A stretch of 64,000 bases of DNA from positions 183,458,001 through 183,522,000 of the forward strand of contig NC_042997.1 in the NCBI RefSeq assembly GCF_006345805.1, given 5' to 3'. Source of the stretch: Octopus sinensis (taxonomy: Eukaryota). Positions within the stretch are counted from its first letter, which is position 1. Every line of letters starts with the position of its first letter. The notes under the pieces are model-generated. The model saw only the letters and a program-made list of their open reading frames with translations, did no database searches and was not told where the DNA came from. A program made the position numbers and the translations under genes. This document shows positions 60,958 through 64,000 of the stretch, piece after piece.

Positions 60958-63713
60958 TGTGTGTGTGATTATAACAAAACGTACCCAACTTTTCTCATCA
61001 GCAAGATTTTGAGATTAAATCAAGGTACTTACAGGAATCTTGACATTTTTTAGGAAATGATTTTGTTCTTTTATTCTTCCTACTCAGCTCCTTCTTACAA
61101 TCAATCTTTTGTTGTGGGATATCTGCAGCATTGAAACAAGCAATAGCATGCTGATCTTCAGCTTTCTTATTCTCACTGGTTCCCACATCAGCCAGTCATG
61201 AAAAGACAAACCGAGATTCTAATGCTCATTTGTTCTTCAATGAAAGAAAAAAATTCAGTTTTTTTTTCTACTTCCATGGCTGCTACACTGTGTTTGTTGT
61301 AGTTTTGGAGCTAACACTGACTCCAACTAAGTATAATAAAAGAGAGAGAGAGGGAAAAAAACCCAACTCCTCTAAGAAAAACCAATGTCTTAACTCTTTC
61401 AAAGTCAAGAAATAAAATGGCCTAGAAATATACTTGCTTTTCTTCGTCTCATAAATGAAAATATAAACGTATCCAATTACATATTAACATTCTATTTTCG
61501 TATCCATTTGTGAACTACGATAAATAAATGAATATCTACAACAGTTAGATGACTGCTTTGTATTTTGACAATGATCAGCTGTTGTTTATGAACTTTCTAA
61601 CAGCTGGCATTATATGAAATATTTATTGAAAAAAAAAACAAAAGCAAAAAAAGCATTAAAAATGTAATAAATAAAGACAAAAAAGCAATAATATGTATTA
61701 GTCTGTTTGTGTTTGTGTATGCATGTGTGTGGACATGTGTAATTTTTGTGTTCATTTCTCCATGTTTTTATGAGGTGGGCATATCTTCTGCTACACGACC
61801 TCCCACTATTTGTCATGGGCAGACAACCTCTCCTTCAGGTTTAGTGTCCTGAGTTGAGTCTTTGCCATTTCTATCCATGTCTTCCTTGCCTCCTACTTTT
61901 TTTTCTTTTCATAGCTGACATCCTCCATGTACATCACAGATTTATACCAGTGCAGTTACTTGCACACTATATACAATGTCTTTTATACTGTTTTATTCCC
62001 ATCTCATTCCAGCATTCATACACACTAATACTACACATCCAACAGAGCATGCTCACCTCATCTTTTTTTTAGCCTACAAAGATCCTCTACATTTATTATC
62101 CATGTTTTGATTCTATGCAACATTTTCCATCTGATTCTTACATTGGCTGCTATGCTTTCAAAGTACCTACCTATTTCTTTACTACCCACAAGGGGCTAAA
62201 CACAGAGAGGACAAACAAGGACAGACAAACGGATTAAGTCGATTATATCAACCCCAGTGCATAACTGGTACTTATTTAATCGACCCTGAAAGGATGAAAG
62301 GCAAAGTCAACCTCGGCAGAATTTGAACTCAGAACTTAAGGGCAGATGAAATACCTATTTCTTTACTACCCACAAGAGGCTAAACACAGAGAGGACAAAT
62401 AAGAACAGACAAACAGATTAAGTCGATTATATTGAACCCAGTGCATAACTGGCACTTATTTAATCGACCCCAAAAGGATGAAAGGCAAAGTCGACCTCGG
62501 CGGAATTTGAACTCAGAATGTAGCAGCAGACGAAATACTGCTAAGCATCTCACCTGGCGTGCTAACGTTTCTGTCAGCTCACCGCCTTTCAAGGTACCTA
62601 CCTTCACTGCTACTTAGGTCGTCGAGGTAAGAGAAGCTATGAACTATTTCTATGGAGCCTTCTGACCATTTGTAAGAATATATTTCCTTGAATGCTTTCA
62701 CTGTTGACAAGTGTTGTGCATGAAGTCTTTCTTTTTTGTGAGCCTGCCTATTATTTCACTTTTCTTCCTGAGCACCCATGAAGCATACCATATGGAATTT
62801 GCATTTGCTCCTTTTTTGCATATTGAGTATGACCATCAACCAGTAGAGTCTTGTTCCCTTTCTTGCTAAATCTTTTTTTTTGTTTTGTTTTGCCAAAGTA
62901 TATTTTGCCTAGCACCACTTTAGCATTCAGATTATTCTGTCAAATATATGCTTATTTAATCAGATTGTTTCGAATTAATCATGCATTATCTCATAGCTTT
63001 GAGATTTTGATGGTGTGGCTTTGTTTTTAGGATGACATTGTAGGGTAGTTGTAAAAGGCTTGACCAATTCAGTTTGAATGATAAAACAGGTAGAATATTT
63101 TGGCCACACATGACCAGTTTAAATGCTAAAGGATTAAGCTTAATATGCACACACTACACCGGTATGGAGATTCTAGGCATTACACACACACATACATACA
63201 TGGGCAAAGTTTTCTATGGTCAAATCCCTTCTTGACAGCAGCAATCCATTTCTGCTTCCAGACAAGATAATAATCTCCCAGTTTATTGAACAAAATGCCC
63301 AGACATGGCTATACAGGAAACTACCCACACATTTCTATTTATATAGACCGCTCGGTTCAGAGTCTCCCTGGACCACAAGTAGCCTGAACTCTTTACACGA
63401 ACACCACCCTGTACATAACTCCATGTCCCCCTACATGGCCTTGCTTTTTGCTTTTTGAGCCAAAAAATTAACTAACTAACTAACATATCATCATCACCAT
63501 TATTTAATGCCCCCTTTCCTTGCTTGCATGGGTCAGACAAAATTTGTTGAGCAGATTTTCTACAGCCAGATGTCCTTCCTGTTGCCAATCTTCACCTGTT
63601 TCCAAGTAAGGTGGTATTCCCCATGACCAGGCATGTTTTCATGGAATATTGGAAATGATGGGCACTGCTTTGTGTGTGTGCGCATGCACATGCATGTGTG
63701 TGTGTGTGATTGT

Positions 63714-63744
<31 letters not shown>

Positions 63745-64000
63745 TGATTGTATATTCTCTCTCATGATATATGTAAGCTGACTTTAAACAGAGTCATTCT
63801 TCATACAAACAGTCTTGCTATTTTATAATGCTTTGTGAAAGCATGTCCAGACCAGGAGAAATATTACCTCGCTTAGAAGCATGTGAAAGCTGGGAATATG
63901 AAGAGCAATAGGCCACAGAAAAGTCTACCTCAAGGAAGGCTCTCTCTCATCTGACCTATGCAAGCATGGAAAAGTGGTTGTTGAAATGAGGATGATATTT

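Overview
AT-rich, microsatellite- and repeat-dense animal genomic DNA. The repeat repertoire looks like Octopus/coleoid cephalopod; this is inferred from recalled repeat families and not verified. The window holds one protein-coding gene on the minus strand, a TBC1D16 ortholog (Rab GTPase-activating protein). I reconstruct 10 coding exons from the ATG at 42785 to the TAA at 193-195, all joined by GT-AG introns with consistent phases (2883 nt, about 960 aa), with intact TBC arginine-finger (KDVVR) and glutamine-finger (YTQG) motifs. Further 5' exon(s) lie upstream. The introns are packed with at least four tRNA-derived SINE families, RTE-LINE fragments and tails, mariner/Tc1, hAT and piggyBac-type elements, and Penelope-like fragments in (TA)n tracts. 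Most ORFs in the supplied track are artefacts of microsatellites or repeats. Most notable: (1) a near-perfect ~338-bp palindrome in intron 2 carrying a minimal type-I hammerhead ribozyme on each strand, within a cluster of further hammerhead-like motifs; (2) a CAG|ATGAGT site 12 nt after the weak exon-3 donor, which one A-to-I edit would turn into a consensus in-frame donor; (3) an in-frame internal donor that removes the start codon of coding exon 1; (4) a 197-bp decayed copy of exon 2 in the adjacent intron; (5) many fold-back structures and inverted SINE pairs in the pre-mRNA.
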